DNA of 64,000 bases from Spirochaetia bacterium (lineage in GTDB: Bacteria > Spirochaetota > Spirochaetia > CADAEX01): NCBI GenBank assembly GCA_963662795.1, contig OY759746.1, positions 256,001 through 320,000 of the forward strand, written 5' to 3'. Positions within the stretch are counted from its first letter, which is position 1. Each line of letters begins with the position of its first letter. The notes below the pieces were generated by a model. That model was not told the origin of the DNA and made no database searches. It was given only the letters and a program-made list of their open reading frames with translations. The position numbers and the translations under genes were made by a program. Shown here one piece after another: positions 10,639 through 25,673 of the stretch.

Positions 10639-11157
10639 CTACTGATTCAAAGTAAAACGCCAGGAACAGTTACAAGAATCGTCTGTGATATCTGGAAAAC
10701 AGCTGATGCATTCGCATGAAAACCGATTATCAATAATCTTTGCAAATCCTGTGTATTCTATTATTCCTACCGGTTTACATGGATGTAGATTTATCCCTTT
10801 CCGTACCCTTGCTCTCTGGACACGGCACTCAAGGATCCTGTAAACAAGAGTGTTATCTGAAATTATTATTTCATCGCGATTAATATTTGCATAAAAACGC
10901 AAACTCAAAGCCTTTTTTAATCCTTGCAGTCCGGGGTGAACAGGAAGTTTTAGAAATGCCTTAATTTTATTTGCCTCAATTCCCGTAAAACTGCGCCAGA
11001 CTTCTGCATCATGAAACATTGCTTCTTTCATTCCTGCTTTTTTTTCAATGGACTGGAACCAGAGACCATCCATTGCAAGAGTATTTTTTGAGTATATTTC
11101 AATCAGGTCAATTAACTCCTCCCTGGATAAGTCATGTAATACACTGTTTTTATTCAT
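10639..11157 (-). CDS. DUF6125-like cysteine-containing protein
   Basis: DGLWFQSIE, ECRVQRAR..G...PCKPVG, CECISCFPD..CSWRF pattern. Confidence 0.65.
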   Translation of the reverse strand: MNKNSVLHDLSREELIDLIEIYSKNTLAMDGLWFQSIEKKAGMKEAMFHDAEVWRSFTGIEANKIKAFLKLPVHPGLQGLKKALSLRFYANINRDEIIISDNTLVYRILECRVQRARVRKGINLHPCKPVGIIEYTGFAKIIDNRFSCECISCFPDITDDSCNCSWRFTLNQ

Positions 11158-11199
11158 AAGATAATATTTTCCCTTTATTGTAATTTTATACAATTATCG

Positions 11200-11600
11200 C
11201 TAAAAGTGAAACACAATCCAAAGATAAGCGGAATAATATATGCTTCTATATAACAGGCATGAAGATATGAAGGGACTGCCGCAGATGCCATTTTGACAGC
11301 ACTGCTGCCCGTTTTGTGCTTTTTTCTCAAATTGATTGCTTAGCGGTCATCACAGATACTGCACCGGCAAAAAGGTTTTTATTGTCGCAATTGACAGTTG
11401 GCCCCGGAAAAATGATAAGAATATTGTGAAAATCCCGGAAATAAAACTGGCAGTCATTCCAAAAACAATCCGGCCGCAATCGGAAATACATTCATAAGAA
11501 CAAAACAACCTTTTCCCACCAGTATGTGAACTGTTTTGAAAAAATGTTATAGCCAATAATCGCGAATACCAATATGTAGAGATCGTATTTTTAATGTTCT
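11200..11600 (-). pseudogene. Possible decayed membrane-protein gene (SpoIIM-like C-terminus)
   Basis: Hydrophobic fragments in different frames: LYILVFAIIGYNIF, GMTASFISGIFTIFLSFFRG, ACYIEAYIIPLIFG. Confidence 0.25.
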
Positions 11601-12155
11601 TCCAGGATTCCTAGACCACTCCTACCGGCTGGAAACAGCAGTTTACAGTTGCATCAGGCATATGTAATTTTAATTTCTTTTTCCGTTACACGGCTATGCA
11701 TTAACAGTTCGTGACAGATTGTGCACTCTGTCACAAATCTCTTAAAGTTTGTATCTGTTCTTTTTATTTCAGGTACAGTAACAGAAGCCGGGTCTGCTGC
11801 GAATGTTTGTTTAAGCTTCTATTTTTTAAATTTTTCAGAAAATCCTTACTTGGAATTTTTTGAATACAAATAAATTTTTAACAATTATAGTTTAATTAGT
11901 TTTTTGCATTAATAGAATTATTCTGTTTACTCTTTTTTTTTATGAAATCAAGAATATTTTATTGTTAGGAATCGCCTGCCGGCCGTCATTTGCTTAGCCC
12001 AGCATCAGTCATTTTCAGTTTTTACATAAAAGCCTGGTGATCACGGTCAAAAGTATAATTCTATATGACCGCGGGCACACAGACGAACGATGCATTCCTG
12101 ATGAGTGTCTTTGTCCATGGTAAAAAAATGTGAGGCGTCAATTTTATCAGATTTT

Positions 12156-12821
12156 TCATATATGTCTGCAACACTTATTATTAAACACTTCCTGTGAACT
12201 ATGCTGCCAATCCTGCTGAAGTAAAACATCCTCTCCCCGTTTGTATAAACAAGAGAATCCACCATTTACTGGATCGGGAATTCTAGGTAACCTTGACAGT
12301 GGAGTGAATGAATAGTGTGCAAGGGCGACTTTAATCGCTATCCAGTGAGAAACCACAAATATGTTCTTATTTTTATTATCAGCAAATATGATCTCCAACT
12401 CTTCTACCATCCGATTCTGCAGTTCCTGAAATGTGTCAGCTCCGGGAAGATTGAATAAATCGGGGCTCTCCCAAAAAGATATGTATTCATCAGGATGAGA
12501 AATCGCTGTTTCCTCTCGTGTCTTACCTTCCCATGGTCCAAGATTTATTTCTCTGAGATTGTCTTTAACAGCAGCTTTAATTTTCCTGTCCTGCAGGATT
12601 ATTTCCGCCGTGTCCCTTGCTCTTTTTAACGGACTTACATATGCAAGGTCGACCGGAAACTGTTCAAGAGATTTTTTTACCTCATAGGCTTGTTTAATCC
12701 CTAAAGCGGTTAACGGAGAATTTTTATTACCCTGCAGTCTGTTCTGTTTATTCCATTCAGTCTCGCCATGCCGCACGAGGAATATTTTTGTTTCCACAGG
12801 CATTGCTACGCAGTCTAACAT
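12156..12821 (-). CDS. Histidine phosphatase (phosphoglycerate mutase family)
   Basis: RHGETEWN, SPLKRARDTA, LREINLGPWEG, VSH. Confidence 0.92.
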   Translation of the reverse strand: MLDCVAMPVETKIFLVRHGETEWNKQNRLQGNKNSPLTALGIKQAYEVKKSLEQFPVDLAYVSPLKRARDTAEIILQDRKIKAAVKDNLREINLGPWEGKTREETAISHPDEYISFWESPDLFNLPGADTFQELQNRMVEELEIIFADNKNKNIFVVSHWIAIKVALAHYSFTPLSRLPRIPDPVNGGFSCLYKRGEDVLLQQDWQHSSQEVFNNKCCRHI

Positions 12822-12865
12822 ATTATACTTCCCTGTTTATTAATATTATAAATGATACTCATCAA

Positions 12866-14443
12866 TTACAATCCTGATTTTTCAGCGATTGCATCAGCGC
12901 ATCTGACTCCATCCACGGCAGAACTTATTATGCCTCCCGCATACCCCGCCCCTTCACCTATCGCGTAAAGACCTTTGGTATTAATGCACTGAAAATCTTC
13001 ACCCCGGAGGATTCTAACCGGAGATGAAGTTCTTGTTTCAACTCCGGTCAGGACTGCCTCGCCGGTTATAAAGCCGCGCATTTTTCTTTCAAATGTCTGT
13101 ATTCCTCTTTTCATCTCGGAAACTATCCACCCGGGAAGGAATTCTTCAAGCGATGCCGGCCTGATTCCGGGAAGATATGAAGAGGTTATACCGCTGTCAA
13201 TCCTGTCATGCTTTCTGCTTAAAAATGAGGTCAGTTTCTGAGCAGGCGAATGAAACATCCCTCCGCCTGCCAGGAAAGCCTTACGTTCGAGTTCCCTCTG
13301 GAATTCTAGTCCGCCCAGCGGCCCATCAGGGCAGTCTTCCGGTCTCACAGTTACAACAATAGCTGCATTTGACATCTCATAATTTCTTTCTGAATTGCTC
13401 ATGCCGTTAGTGCAAAGGCCTCCCGGCTCTGAAGAGGAATTGATTATTCGCCCGCCGGGGCACATGCAAAAAGAATATATCCCGCGACCTGTCTCAGGAT
13501 TTGTATACACAAGACGGTATTCAGCGGCAGGAAGATTATATTTCTTATAATCTTGTCCGTATTGTATTTGATTTATAAGGTGCGCCGGATGTTCCAGCCT
13601 GACACCTGCGGCAAATCCTTTCTTTTCCATAATAACATTTTTTTTATACAGGACTTCCAGAGTGTCCCTGGCAGAATGTCCTATTGCAAGAATCAGATTT
13701 TCAGCAGATATTTCCCTGCCGGCGGCAGTTATAAATCCATGACATTTTCCGCTGTTGATCTGTAAATCAATTATTTTTTCCTTAAAAAGTATTTCAGATC
13801 CTGCTGATAATATTGAAGAACGAATATTCTTGATAACTCCTGCGAGTCTGTCTGTTCCAATATGGGGATGACTTTCCCAGGCAATTTCTTCCGGCGCGCC
13901 GTATTCAAGAAGTTTATTATAAATCCATTCCGATTCCGGCCTGTTCGAGCGTGTATAAAGTTTTCCGTCAGAATAAGTTCCTGCGCCTCCTTCCCCGAAA
14001 AGTACGTTGCTATCCGTATCAAGCGTCCCTGATTTTTCAAGCAGGCGGATATCCTTAAATCTCTCCTCAACCGGTTTCCCCTGTTCAAAGAATAATACTC
14101 TGGCGCCATGACTTATGAGTCTTAGACCGCAAAACAAGCCCGCGGGGCCTGTGCCGATTATATGAAAAGTTTTTCCGGATAAAGATTTATGCGTCACATT
14201 CGTTTCTGAGCGCGTATGTATTTTCACATCCTCACGCTGTTTAATCTTTTGATACTGCTCCCGTGTAACCTCTGCGATTATTTTATAGCGGTATACAATA
14301 TTATTCCTCTTGCGGGAATCGAGTGATTTTTTGGATATTTTAAAGCTGCAACCGCGAAGACCGTAAACAGAGCTGAGAATCGAGGCTATGTCATTGATAC
14401 TTTTATTCGGAGAGAGCGCGATTGAATCAATAAGAATCTGCAT
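12866..14443 (-). CDS. Uncharacterised FAD-dependent oxidoreductase (COG2509-like)
   Basis: IGTGPAG, FGEGGAGTYSDGKL, YSFCMCPGG, ETRTSSP, GEGAGYAGGIISSAVDG. Confidence 0.88.
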   Translation of the reverse strand: MQILIDSIALSPNKSINDIASILSSVYGLRGCSFKISKKSLDSRKRNNIVYRYKIIAEVTREQYQKIKQREDVKIHTRSETNVTHKSLSGKTFHIIGTGPAGLFCGLRLISHGARVLFFEQGKPVEERFKDIRLLEKSGTLDTDSNVLFGEGGAGTYSDGKLYTRSNRPESEWIYNKLLEYGAPEEIAWESHPHIGTDRLAGVIKNIRSSILSAGSEILFKEKIIDLQINSGKCHGFITAAGREISAENLILAIGHSARDTLEVLYKKNVIMEKKGFAAGVRLEHPAHLINQIQYGQDYKKYNLPAAEYRLVYTNPETGRGIYSFCMCPGGRIINSSSEPGGLCTNGMSNSERNYEMSNAAIVVTVRPEDCPDGPLGGLEFQRELERKAFLAGGGMFHSPAQKLTSFLSRKHDRIDSGITSSYLPGIRPASLEEFLPGWIVSEMKRGIQTFERKMRGFITGEAVLTGVETRTSSPVRILRGEDFQCINTKGLYAIGEGAGYAGGIISSAVDGVRCADAIAEKSGL

Positions 14444-14573
14444 GTAAAGTCCATCCTCTATTTTAATACCACACAATATTGGAAATAAACTTCATTATCA
14501 ATAGAAAAATTCACCCGCTTGTAATTTCAAGCGGGATATAATCACTTCATATTACTTTGTCATGCCGGTGAGG

Positions 14574-15638
14574 TTAATCCGGCTTGCTTTCAGGCAGTGT
14601 GAGTACAATTTTTCCGGTGTGCTGTTTTGTCAAAAAATATTTTTGGGCCTGGGCAATCTGCTCTAAAGGAAATGTCCTTGCTATAACCGGGACAACAGAG
14701 CCCTGTTCAATGTGCCTGACAAGACTGGCAAAAACCTCTTTTCCCAGTACTGTGCACCCGAACAGACTCAAGTCTTTTAAATAGAGAGTCCGGACATCAA
14801 GCTCAACAAAAGGGCCTCCTATTGCTCCTGATACCGCATAACGTCCTTTGGGCCTGAGTACTTCCAGAAATTCCGGCCACTGTTTACCGGCAACAAGATC
14901 AATGACAACATCAACACTGCCGGTTCCGAGAGTTTTAACAAGACTATCTTCCCGTAATAAAACATTATCAGCCCCGAGACTTAGCACATTAACTGTCTTG
15001 GATCGGCTTGTAATGCCGATGACCCTGGCTTTACGGACTTTTGCCAGCTGTATTACAGCCGAACCGACACCACCGGATGAACCTGTAACCAGTACTGTAT
15101 CATTTTCAGTAACGTTTGCTCTGGTTAAGAGGTTTTCTGCAGTGGAGTAGGAACAGGGAAAGGACGCCAGTTCAATATCAGTCAAACTGCTTTCAATTTG
15201 ATAAGCATGACAGGATGCAACAACCATGTATTCGGCGAATCCGCCGTCACATTCTGAACCTAAATACCAGGTCTGCTCCAGTATTTTACCATGGGCTTCT
15301 CTTAAACATGGTTCAACTATAACTCTTTCTCCTAACCGCTCTTTTCCGACTTTATCACCGACAGCAACAATTCGCCCGCACACATCAGCGCCTTGAATCA
15401 GGGGGAACCGGATAGAATTACCCGTCCAGCCTGCATCACTGCTTTCTCCATCACCTTTCGAGTACCAAGCCTCCCGTGTATTGATATCAGTATTGTTAAC
15501 CGCGGCAGCCCCTACCCTGATTAGAACATCGCCTGGACCGGGTCCGGGGACAGGAATATCATCTCGTATCACTAATTTATCAAGTCCGCCATGACCTGTT
15601 AAATAAACACCTGTCATCTTTTTTGGTAATTCACTCAT
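14574..15638 (-). CDS. MDR-family alcohol dehydrogenase / quinone oxidoreductase-like protein
   Basis: VNNTDINTR, GADVCG, GGFAEY, VLVTGSSGGVG, HTGKIVL. Confidence 0.88.
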   Translation of the reverse strand: MSELPKKMTGVYLTGHGGLDKLVIRDDIPVPGPGPGDVLIRVGAAAVNNTDINTREAWYSKGDGESSDAGWTGNSIRFPLIQGADVCGRIVAVGDKVGKERLGERVIVEPCLREAHGKILEQTWYLGSECDGGFAEYMVVASCHAYQIESSLTDIELASFPCSYSTAENLLTRANVTENDTVLVTGSSGGVGSAVIQLAKVRKARVIGITSRSKTVNVLSLGADNVLLREDSLVKTLGTGSVDVVIDLVAGKQWPEFLEVLRPKGRYAVSGAIGGPFVELDVRTLYLKDLSLFGCTVLGKEVFASLVRHIEQGSVVPVIARTFPLEQIAQAQKYFLTKQHTGKIVLTLPESKPD

Positions 15639-15764
15639 GATTTAATTCCTTTTTTATCTTACAGAACTTTGACAGTCTTTATAAGATTTCACTGCAAACA
15701 TCATAATATATTATAGTTTAAGTTCATCAGCTGCCGAAAACAATTTTCCGTTTATAGGATTAAT

Positions 15765-15793
15765 AAAAAAGCCCCCATCAGGGTTGATGGGGG
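15765..15793 (-). terminator. rrn operon terminator T2
   Basis: CCCCCATCA/TGATGGGGG stem followed by a T run on the minus strand. Confidence 0.8.
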
Positions 15794-15806
15794 ACTTAAT
15801 TGCTGT

Positions 15807-15890
15807 GTATTTTCATCCCGCAAACGGGAACACCATGAACTCGCAGCCTATCGGCTTCCATGCCTCCTCTGCTGTCCCCGTTTACGTGGG
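15807..15890 (-). repeat. Degenerate copy of the GGA-hairpin repeat found in the thrS leader
   Basis: cagcctatcggcttccatgcctc (15844-15866) matches cagccttccggcgtccatgcctc (25708-25730) at 20/23; flanks gtattttcatccc and gctgtccccgt also match. Confidence 0.6.
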
Positions 15891-15904
15891 TTTTTTCCTC
15901 CATG

Positions 15905-15945
15905 AAAAAAAAACCTGGAATGCCCGTAACGGGATAGCCAGGTTT
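15905..15945 (-). terminator. rrn operon terminator T1
   Basis: AAACCTGG...CCAGGTTT stem with inner CCCGT/ACGGG, followed by T9 on the minus strand. Confidence 0.7.
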
Positions 15946-16011
15946 ACATTTCTTTTCAAGTAAAATATTCAGCACAGTCATTCAAATCAGCAGTGTAAAT
16001 AAATAAAAAAA

Positions 16012-16123
<112 letters not shown>

Positions 16124-16213
16124 TTAATTTAATTTTTTATTTCACCACAGTTATCAGGTGAAAACCTGATAACTCCAGCAAAATATATATTAAAAGAAGG
16201 GTTAAATAATAAT

Positions 16214-19213
<3,000 letters not shown>

Positions 19214-19420
19214 ATTACTTTTTAACCCTTCTCTATATTCTCCGTACTACTTTTCTTTCATACAGGAATCTTCTTTTTAAAGACCGAAGCCATTGATGGC
19301 GTATTTCTGCTTTAGCCCGTTTACCGGGTCAGCCGTAAAGGCAGTTAAAAGCAGTAATCGGAAATTTTAGATAAATGAAAAAAAGAAATTAAGAATATTT
19401 AAATTTTTTCATTTATTTAC

Positions 19421-19494
19421 TGGGCCTGACAAGACTTGAACTTGTGACCTCGCGCTTATCAGGCGCGCGCTCTAACCACCTGAGCTACAGGCCC
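19421..19494 (-). tRNA. tRNA-Ile(GAT), no encoded CCA
   Basis: GGGCCTGTAGCTCAGGTGGTTAGAGCGCGCGCCTGATAAGCGCGAGGTCACAAGTTCAAGTCTTGTCAGGCCCA folds as a cloverleaf. Confidence 0.97.
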
Positions 19495-19676
19495 AATTAA
19501 AGGGAACAATGCCCTAAAAAGGGTATTATACCCCATAATATTATAAAAAAAGAGGGAGACCTGAAGCTTAAATGGGCCGCCTTACTGCCGGTGTGATTGC
19601 TCACAACCCTGCGGCAAGGACTTTGATTACTCAACTGTAAATCCTTTCGGTTCTACTTAGAGCTTTATACCTTTCT

Positions 19677-21228
<1,552 letters not shown>

Positions 21229-21348
21229 ATTCCATCAAGCCTAAGCTTGATAGTTTCTAATTTCGTTTCTCTCCCAGCTTCACTCTTACAAAAAAATGAA
21301 ACTGTCAAAAATTACTTCTTGACCCGCTTCAGGTCCCTTCTCTTCTTC

Positions 21349-21659
21349 TTTTAAAGAACATACCATTCATCCTGTAATGCAGGGAGGATGGCTTTGTACC
21401 GGCCTGCCATTTTTTATCCCGCATTGCGGGGGGATGGCGTAATGGACGGTACTTGTTTTCACACCCTAGCAACTTACGTGCCAAAATGCTCAATATTTGT
21501 AGCAGTTATAATTTTCAGTGTCAACCGGTTTTCTTAAAGAATTATTATTAAAATCAATAAAAAAAACTGAAGGAAAAACTCATTAACCGCCTGCACTTTG
21601 CAGGATTAATTCCTGTTTCGCGCAAGGACAAATATATGTTTTTTAAAAATTTTTGTCAA
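21349..21659 (-). promoter_or_regulatory. rrn promoter(s) and boxA
   Basis: TTGACA (21659-21654)-17-TATATT (21636-21631); second TTGACA at 21524-21519; boxA TGTTCTTTAAAA at 21360-21349. Confidence 0.7.
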
Positions 21660-21701
21660 CACGGGACAACAGTTTTTCGCAGCAACATAAAGCTTTTCAA
21701 A

Positions 21702-22289
21702 TCACTTTTCGCTGCCGTAGAATTTATGTTTCAGCATAATCAGATAATCGGCAAGTGATGCCAGCGCTGATACAGCGGACAGGATAAAAAACACTTTTGC
21801 CGCGAGAAGGGCGCTGCCTGAATATCCGGTAAAAAACCCTGTTCTTAAGATGGAGACATAAAGCAGTCCTGATATTCCTGAAAAAGCATAACTCCAGGCC
21901 TTAAGCTTTCCGCCTGCCCTGGCTCCCATAACGAACCCCTTTTTAACAGCAAGCATTCTTATAAAAAGGATACCGAGTTCCCTGTACATAATTATCGCAA
22001 AAACAAGAACCGGCATAAAACCGCTTACCGCAAAACAGAGGAAATAGGTCAGGCGGCTGACAACATCTGCAAAAGGATCAAAAACCTTGCCGAGATCGCT
22101 CACCTGGTTCGCGGCCCTTGCTGCCATTCCGTCAAAAAGATCAGAGAGTTCCATGAGGATGAATAAAGACCAGCAGATGACAACGGATGAAAATCCGAAC
22201 CTTCCTGTCCATACAGGAGTAAAATAAACAATCAGAAAAACGGGAGACATTACGATCCTGCTCCCGGTAAGGATATTTGCCAGATTCAT
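21702..22289 (-). CDS. pgsA: CDP-diacylglycerol--glycerol-3-phosphate 3-phosphatidyltransferase
   Basis: NLANILTGSR, SDLFDGMAAR..QVSDLGKVFDPFAD, GGKLK. Confidence 0.88.
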   Translation of the reverse strand: MNLANILTGSRIVMSPVFLIVYFTPVWTGRFGFSSVVICWSLFILMELSDLFDGMAARAANQVSDLGKVFDPFADVVSRLTYFLCFAVSGFMPVLVFAIIMYRELGILFIRMLAVKKGFVMGARAGGKLKAWSYAFSGISGLLYVSILRTGFFTGYSGSALLAAKVFFILSAVSALASLADYLIMLKHKFYGSEK

Positions 22290-22350
22290 GGTAAAAAATC
22301 TAAAACGTTACCACTTTAATGTCAAGACAGCCGGAATGATGCAAGACGGG

Positions 22351-23862
22351 TTAAAACCCGTAAACATCTGAATACTTCCTGTCCAGATAATCAAGAAAAT
22401 ATCCCGGATCAGCTGATTCACCTGTAACCCTCTGAATAAGCTCATCAGGTGTATATAAACTTCCATACTTATGGATATTTTTGCGGAGCCAGGCGAGAAT
22501 CACACCGAAATTACCCTGTGAAGCAAGAAAATCAAGTGATCCGGTCTCTTTTTCCATTGTGGAAACAAACTGGGCCCCGTAAAGATTCCCAAGCAGATAT
22601 GTCGGAAAATAGCCTATGGCTCCGAAAGACCAGTGGACATCCTGAAGCACCCCTTCCGCATCGGAAGAAGGTTTCACCTTTAATAGTTTTCCGCTCATGC
22701 TGTTCCACGCTTCAGGCAGGTCGGAGACTGAGATTCCCCCTTCAATTAATGCTTTTTCAAGCCTGTAGCGCATGATTATATGAAGATTATAGGTTACTTC
22801 ATCTGCATTTATCCTGATAAGGGAAGGCTCAACCCTGTTTACCCCCCTGAAGAAATCATCAGCCTTTCTTCCCCTGCCTGCTTCAGGAAAATACCCGGTA
22901 AAATGAGGCCAGATAAATTCAGCGAATCCGGCGCTCCGGCCGACTACATTCTCCCACAGCCTGGACTGTGATTCATGTATTCCCAGCGATGTACCTTCGG
23001 CAAGACAGGTATCCTTTATATCATCAGCGAAACCCTGTTCATAAAGAGCGTGGCCGCATTCGTGAATAATGCTGTAAAGACCGGAAAGAAAGTAATCTTC
23101 CCTGTATCTGGTTGTTATCCGCACATCGGAGAAACCGAGTGTTGTTGTAAAGGGATGGGCAGATACATCCATCCGCCCCCTCTTCGATTCATATCCCAGC
23201 CAGTCAAGGACTTTTCTGCCCAGTTTATCCTGTCCATCCGGGCTGAAACTGCCTTGAAAAAGGGAATCATCTATCTGATTGGCCGAAAGGATTTTTTCAA
23301 GCAGATTTCCAATCCGTTTTTCAACAGTATTGAAAATGCTCTCGAGGGCAGATGAGGTTATCCCTTTTTCATACTCATCAAGCAGTGCATCATAGGGAGT
23401 CTTCTCATACCCCAGGCACTCTGCCTTCTCTTTGACCAGATGAAGCATTTTTGAAAACTCTCCCGAAAAAAGAGGATAGTTGTTTTCTGTCCTGGCTTTT
23501 GCCCAGATGTGCTGGGTAACGCTTGCCTGTCTTGAAAGCTCAGAAACAAGGGATGAAGGCATCAAAGCCTGCTTTCTGTATCCGTCAAAAAACTTCCTCA
23601 CAAACGCCCTGTCCGCTGCTGCGGCACTCTCGAATTCAATATCCTCAAAGCGCTCTGCTCCTGAAAAAACGGATTTTACGCTTTCGGAAGTTATTCTTTC
23701 GTGAACAAGACTGCTTAAAAGAGAAAGTTGCCTGCTCCTTTCTTCAAGCGCTCCGGAAGGCATATACGTCTCCTGGTCCCAGCCGAGGGCGGCCGCGGTA
23801 TGCGACAAAAGAAGTACTTCGCTGTCAACCTTTTTAAGCAGCTTGATATCACTTTTTTTCAT
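22351..23862 (-). CDS. Carboxypeptidase M32 (Taq type)
   Basis: WDQETYMP, HPF, HECGH, HESQSRLWEN, IRINADE, QDVHWS, GYFPTY. Confidence 0.95.
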   Translation of the reverse strand: MKKSDIKLLKKVDSEVLLLSHTAAALGWDQETYMPSGALEERSRQLSLLSSLVHERITSESVKSVFSGAERFEDIEFESAAAADRAFVRKFFDGYRKQALMPSSLVSELSRQASVTQHIWAKARTENNYPLFSGEFSKMLHLVKEKAECLGYEKTPYDALLDEYEKGITSSALESIFNTVEKRIGNLLEKILSANQIDDSLFQGSFSPDGQDKLGRKVLDWLGYESKRGRMDVSAHPFTTTLGFSDVRITTRYREDYFLSGLYSIIHECGHALYEQGFADDIKDTCLAEGTSLGIHESQSRLWENVVGRSAGFAEFIWPHFTGYFPEAGRGRKADDFFRGVNRVEPSLIRINADEVTYNLHIIMRYRLEKALIEGGISVSDLPEAWNSMSGKLLKVKPSSDAEGVLQDVHWSFGAIGYFPTYLLGNLYGAQFVSTMEKETGSLDFLASQGNFGVILAWLRKNIHKYGSLYTPDELIQRVTGESADPGYFLDYLDRKYSDVYGF

Positions 23863-23866
23863 AATT

Positions 23867-25609
23867 CTATATCAGTTCCTTCGCCGCTATTTTGTTCCCG
23901 ATAAATGATACAGCCTCATCAAGGGGCAGCCCGTTCATCTGCTCTCCCGTCCTTAACCTTATCGAAACAGCGTTATTCTCAGCCTCTTTTTCTCCGCAGA
24001 TAATCATGTACGGAACTTTATCATTCTGGGCGTTTCGTATTTTAGCGTTCATCCTCTGGTCACTCAGGTCGGATTCAACCCTTATCATTTTAGCTTTCAG
24101 CGCTTTTTCAACCTTTTTGGCATAATCATCAAAGGCTGGAGCGACAGGTATTGTAACTGCCTGTACAGGGGACAGCCATACTGGAAAAGCGCCTGCATAG
24201 TTCTCTATAAGAACGCCGAAAAACCTTTCAAGAGATCCTAAAAGCGCCCTGTGAACCATATAAGGCCTTTTTTCTTTGCCGTCAGCGTCTACATAAGTCA
24301 TGTTAAACCTGTCCGAAAGGTTGAAATCAAACTGGATTGTCGTCATCTGCCATTCGCGGCCTATCGCGTCCCTTATTTTAAGGTCAATCTTGGGCCCGTA
24401 GAAAGCTCCGCCGCCCTCATCCACTTCATACTCAAGTCCTTCGGCTATTACCGCTTTTTTAAGCGACTCGGTCGCCTTGTCCCATCTTTCCTGGTCCCCG
24501 ACGCTCTTCTCAGGCCTTGTTGATAGATAGGCTTTTATCTCTGTAAACCCGAAAGCTTTCCATATACTGAGTGAAAACCTCAGAACCTCAAGAATCTCAT
24601 CCTCTATTTGCTCAGGCGTGCAGAATATATGGGCATCATCCTGTGTAAAGCCCCGCACCCTCATGAGGCCGTGAAGTACGCCTGATTTTTCGTATCTGTA
24701 GACCGTTCCAAGCTCCGCCCATCTGCATGGCAGTTCCCTGTAGGACCTTTTTTTATTGTTGTAGATCAGGATGTGGAAAGGACAGTTCATCGGCTTGGAA
24801 TAATAGTCCGCGTTATCCATCTGCATCGGCGGATACATCCCGTCGCTGTAAAAATCAAGGTGCCCTGAAGTCTCCCAGAGCCAGGATTTACCGACATGGG
24901 GTGTAAACAGCATCTCATATCCGTTTTTGATATGCTCGCTTCTCCAGAAATCCTCTATTGCCATCCTTATACGGGCTCCCTTCGGGTGCCAGTAAACAAG
25001 TCCGGGACCTGCCTCTTCGTGCAGGGAAAAGAGGTCAAGCTCTTTGCCGAGTTTCCTGTGGTCGCGCTTTTCCATCTCCTCAAGGTGCTGGAGATGAAGG
25101 CGCAGATCCTTCGGGTTTGTCCAGGCGGTCGCGTAGATCCTCTGAAGCATGGGCCTTTTTTCATCACCTCTCCAGTAAGCTCCTGCTACAGACAGGAGCT
25201 TGAACGACTGGGGATTGAGCTTTGATGTGTTTTCCACATGAGGGCCTCGGCAGAGATCTGTAAATATTCCCTGGGTATATGTTGATATCTCCACATCTTC
25301 GGGAAGGTCTTTGATAAGTTCGATTTTATAGTCCTGCCCTTCAAACATCTTAAGTGCTTCTTCCCTGGTAACAACTTTCTTAACAAAATCAGACTTTCCC
25401 GCAATAATTTTCTTCATCCGCTCTTCAATCTCTTCAAGATCTTCCGGTTTGAGCGGCCTGGGCAGGTCAAAATCATAGTAAAAACCGTTTTCTATAGCAG
25501 GGCCGATAGCTATTTTAGCTTCCGGAAACATCTGCAGAACAGCTTCCGCCATTACATGAGACATCGAGTGCCTGATTCTTTCAATCTGTTCAACTTTTTC
25601 TTCAGCCAT
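23867..25609 (-). CDS. thrS: Threonine--tRNA ligase (short form without the N-terminal TGS domain)
   Basis: RHSMSHVMA, DLCRGPH, RDHRKLG, KPMNCP, RGFTQDDAH, AFYGPKID, HRALLGSLERF. Confidence 0.98.
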   Translation of the reverse strand: MAEEKVEQIERIRHSMSHVMAEAVLQMFPEAKIAIGPAIENGFYYDFDLPRPLKPEDLEEIEERMKKIIAGKSDFVKKVVTREEALKMFEGQDYKIELIKDLPEDVEISTYTQGIFTDLCRGPHVENTSKLNPQSFKLLSVAGAYWRGDEKRPMLQRIYATAWTNPKDLRLHLQHLEEMEKRDHRKLGKELDLFSLHEEAGPGLVYWHPKGARIRMAIEDFWRSEHIKNGYEMLFTPHVGKSWLWETSGHLDFYSDGMYPPMQMDNADYYSKPMNCPFHILIYNNKKRSYRELPCRWAELGTVYRYEKSGVLHGLMRVRGFTQDDAHIFCTPEQIEDEILEVLRFSLSIWKAFGFTEIKAYLSTRPEKSVGDQERWDKATESLKKAVIAEGLEYEVDEGGGAFYGPKIDLKIRDAIGREWQMTTIQFDFNLSDRFNMTYVDADGKEKRPYMVHRALLGSLERFFGVLIENYAGAFPVWLSPVQAVTIPVAPAFDDYAKKVEKALKAKMIRVESDLSDQRMNAKIRNAQNDKVPYMIICGEKEAENNAVSIRLRTGEQMNGLPLDEAVSFIGNKIAAKELI

Positions 25610-25673
25610 TTATTTCCTCCATATAGTCTGACCTTTTCATAGTGAGGATGATTGAGTATTTTAAGGCTGTTGT

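Noticed and set aside
12047-12265. 72-aa ORF overlapping the histidine phosphatase 3' end
   Set aside because: No recognisable family or RBS; it may be a fragment but cannot be supported.
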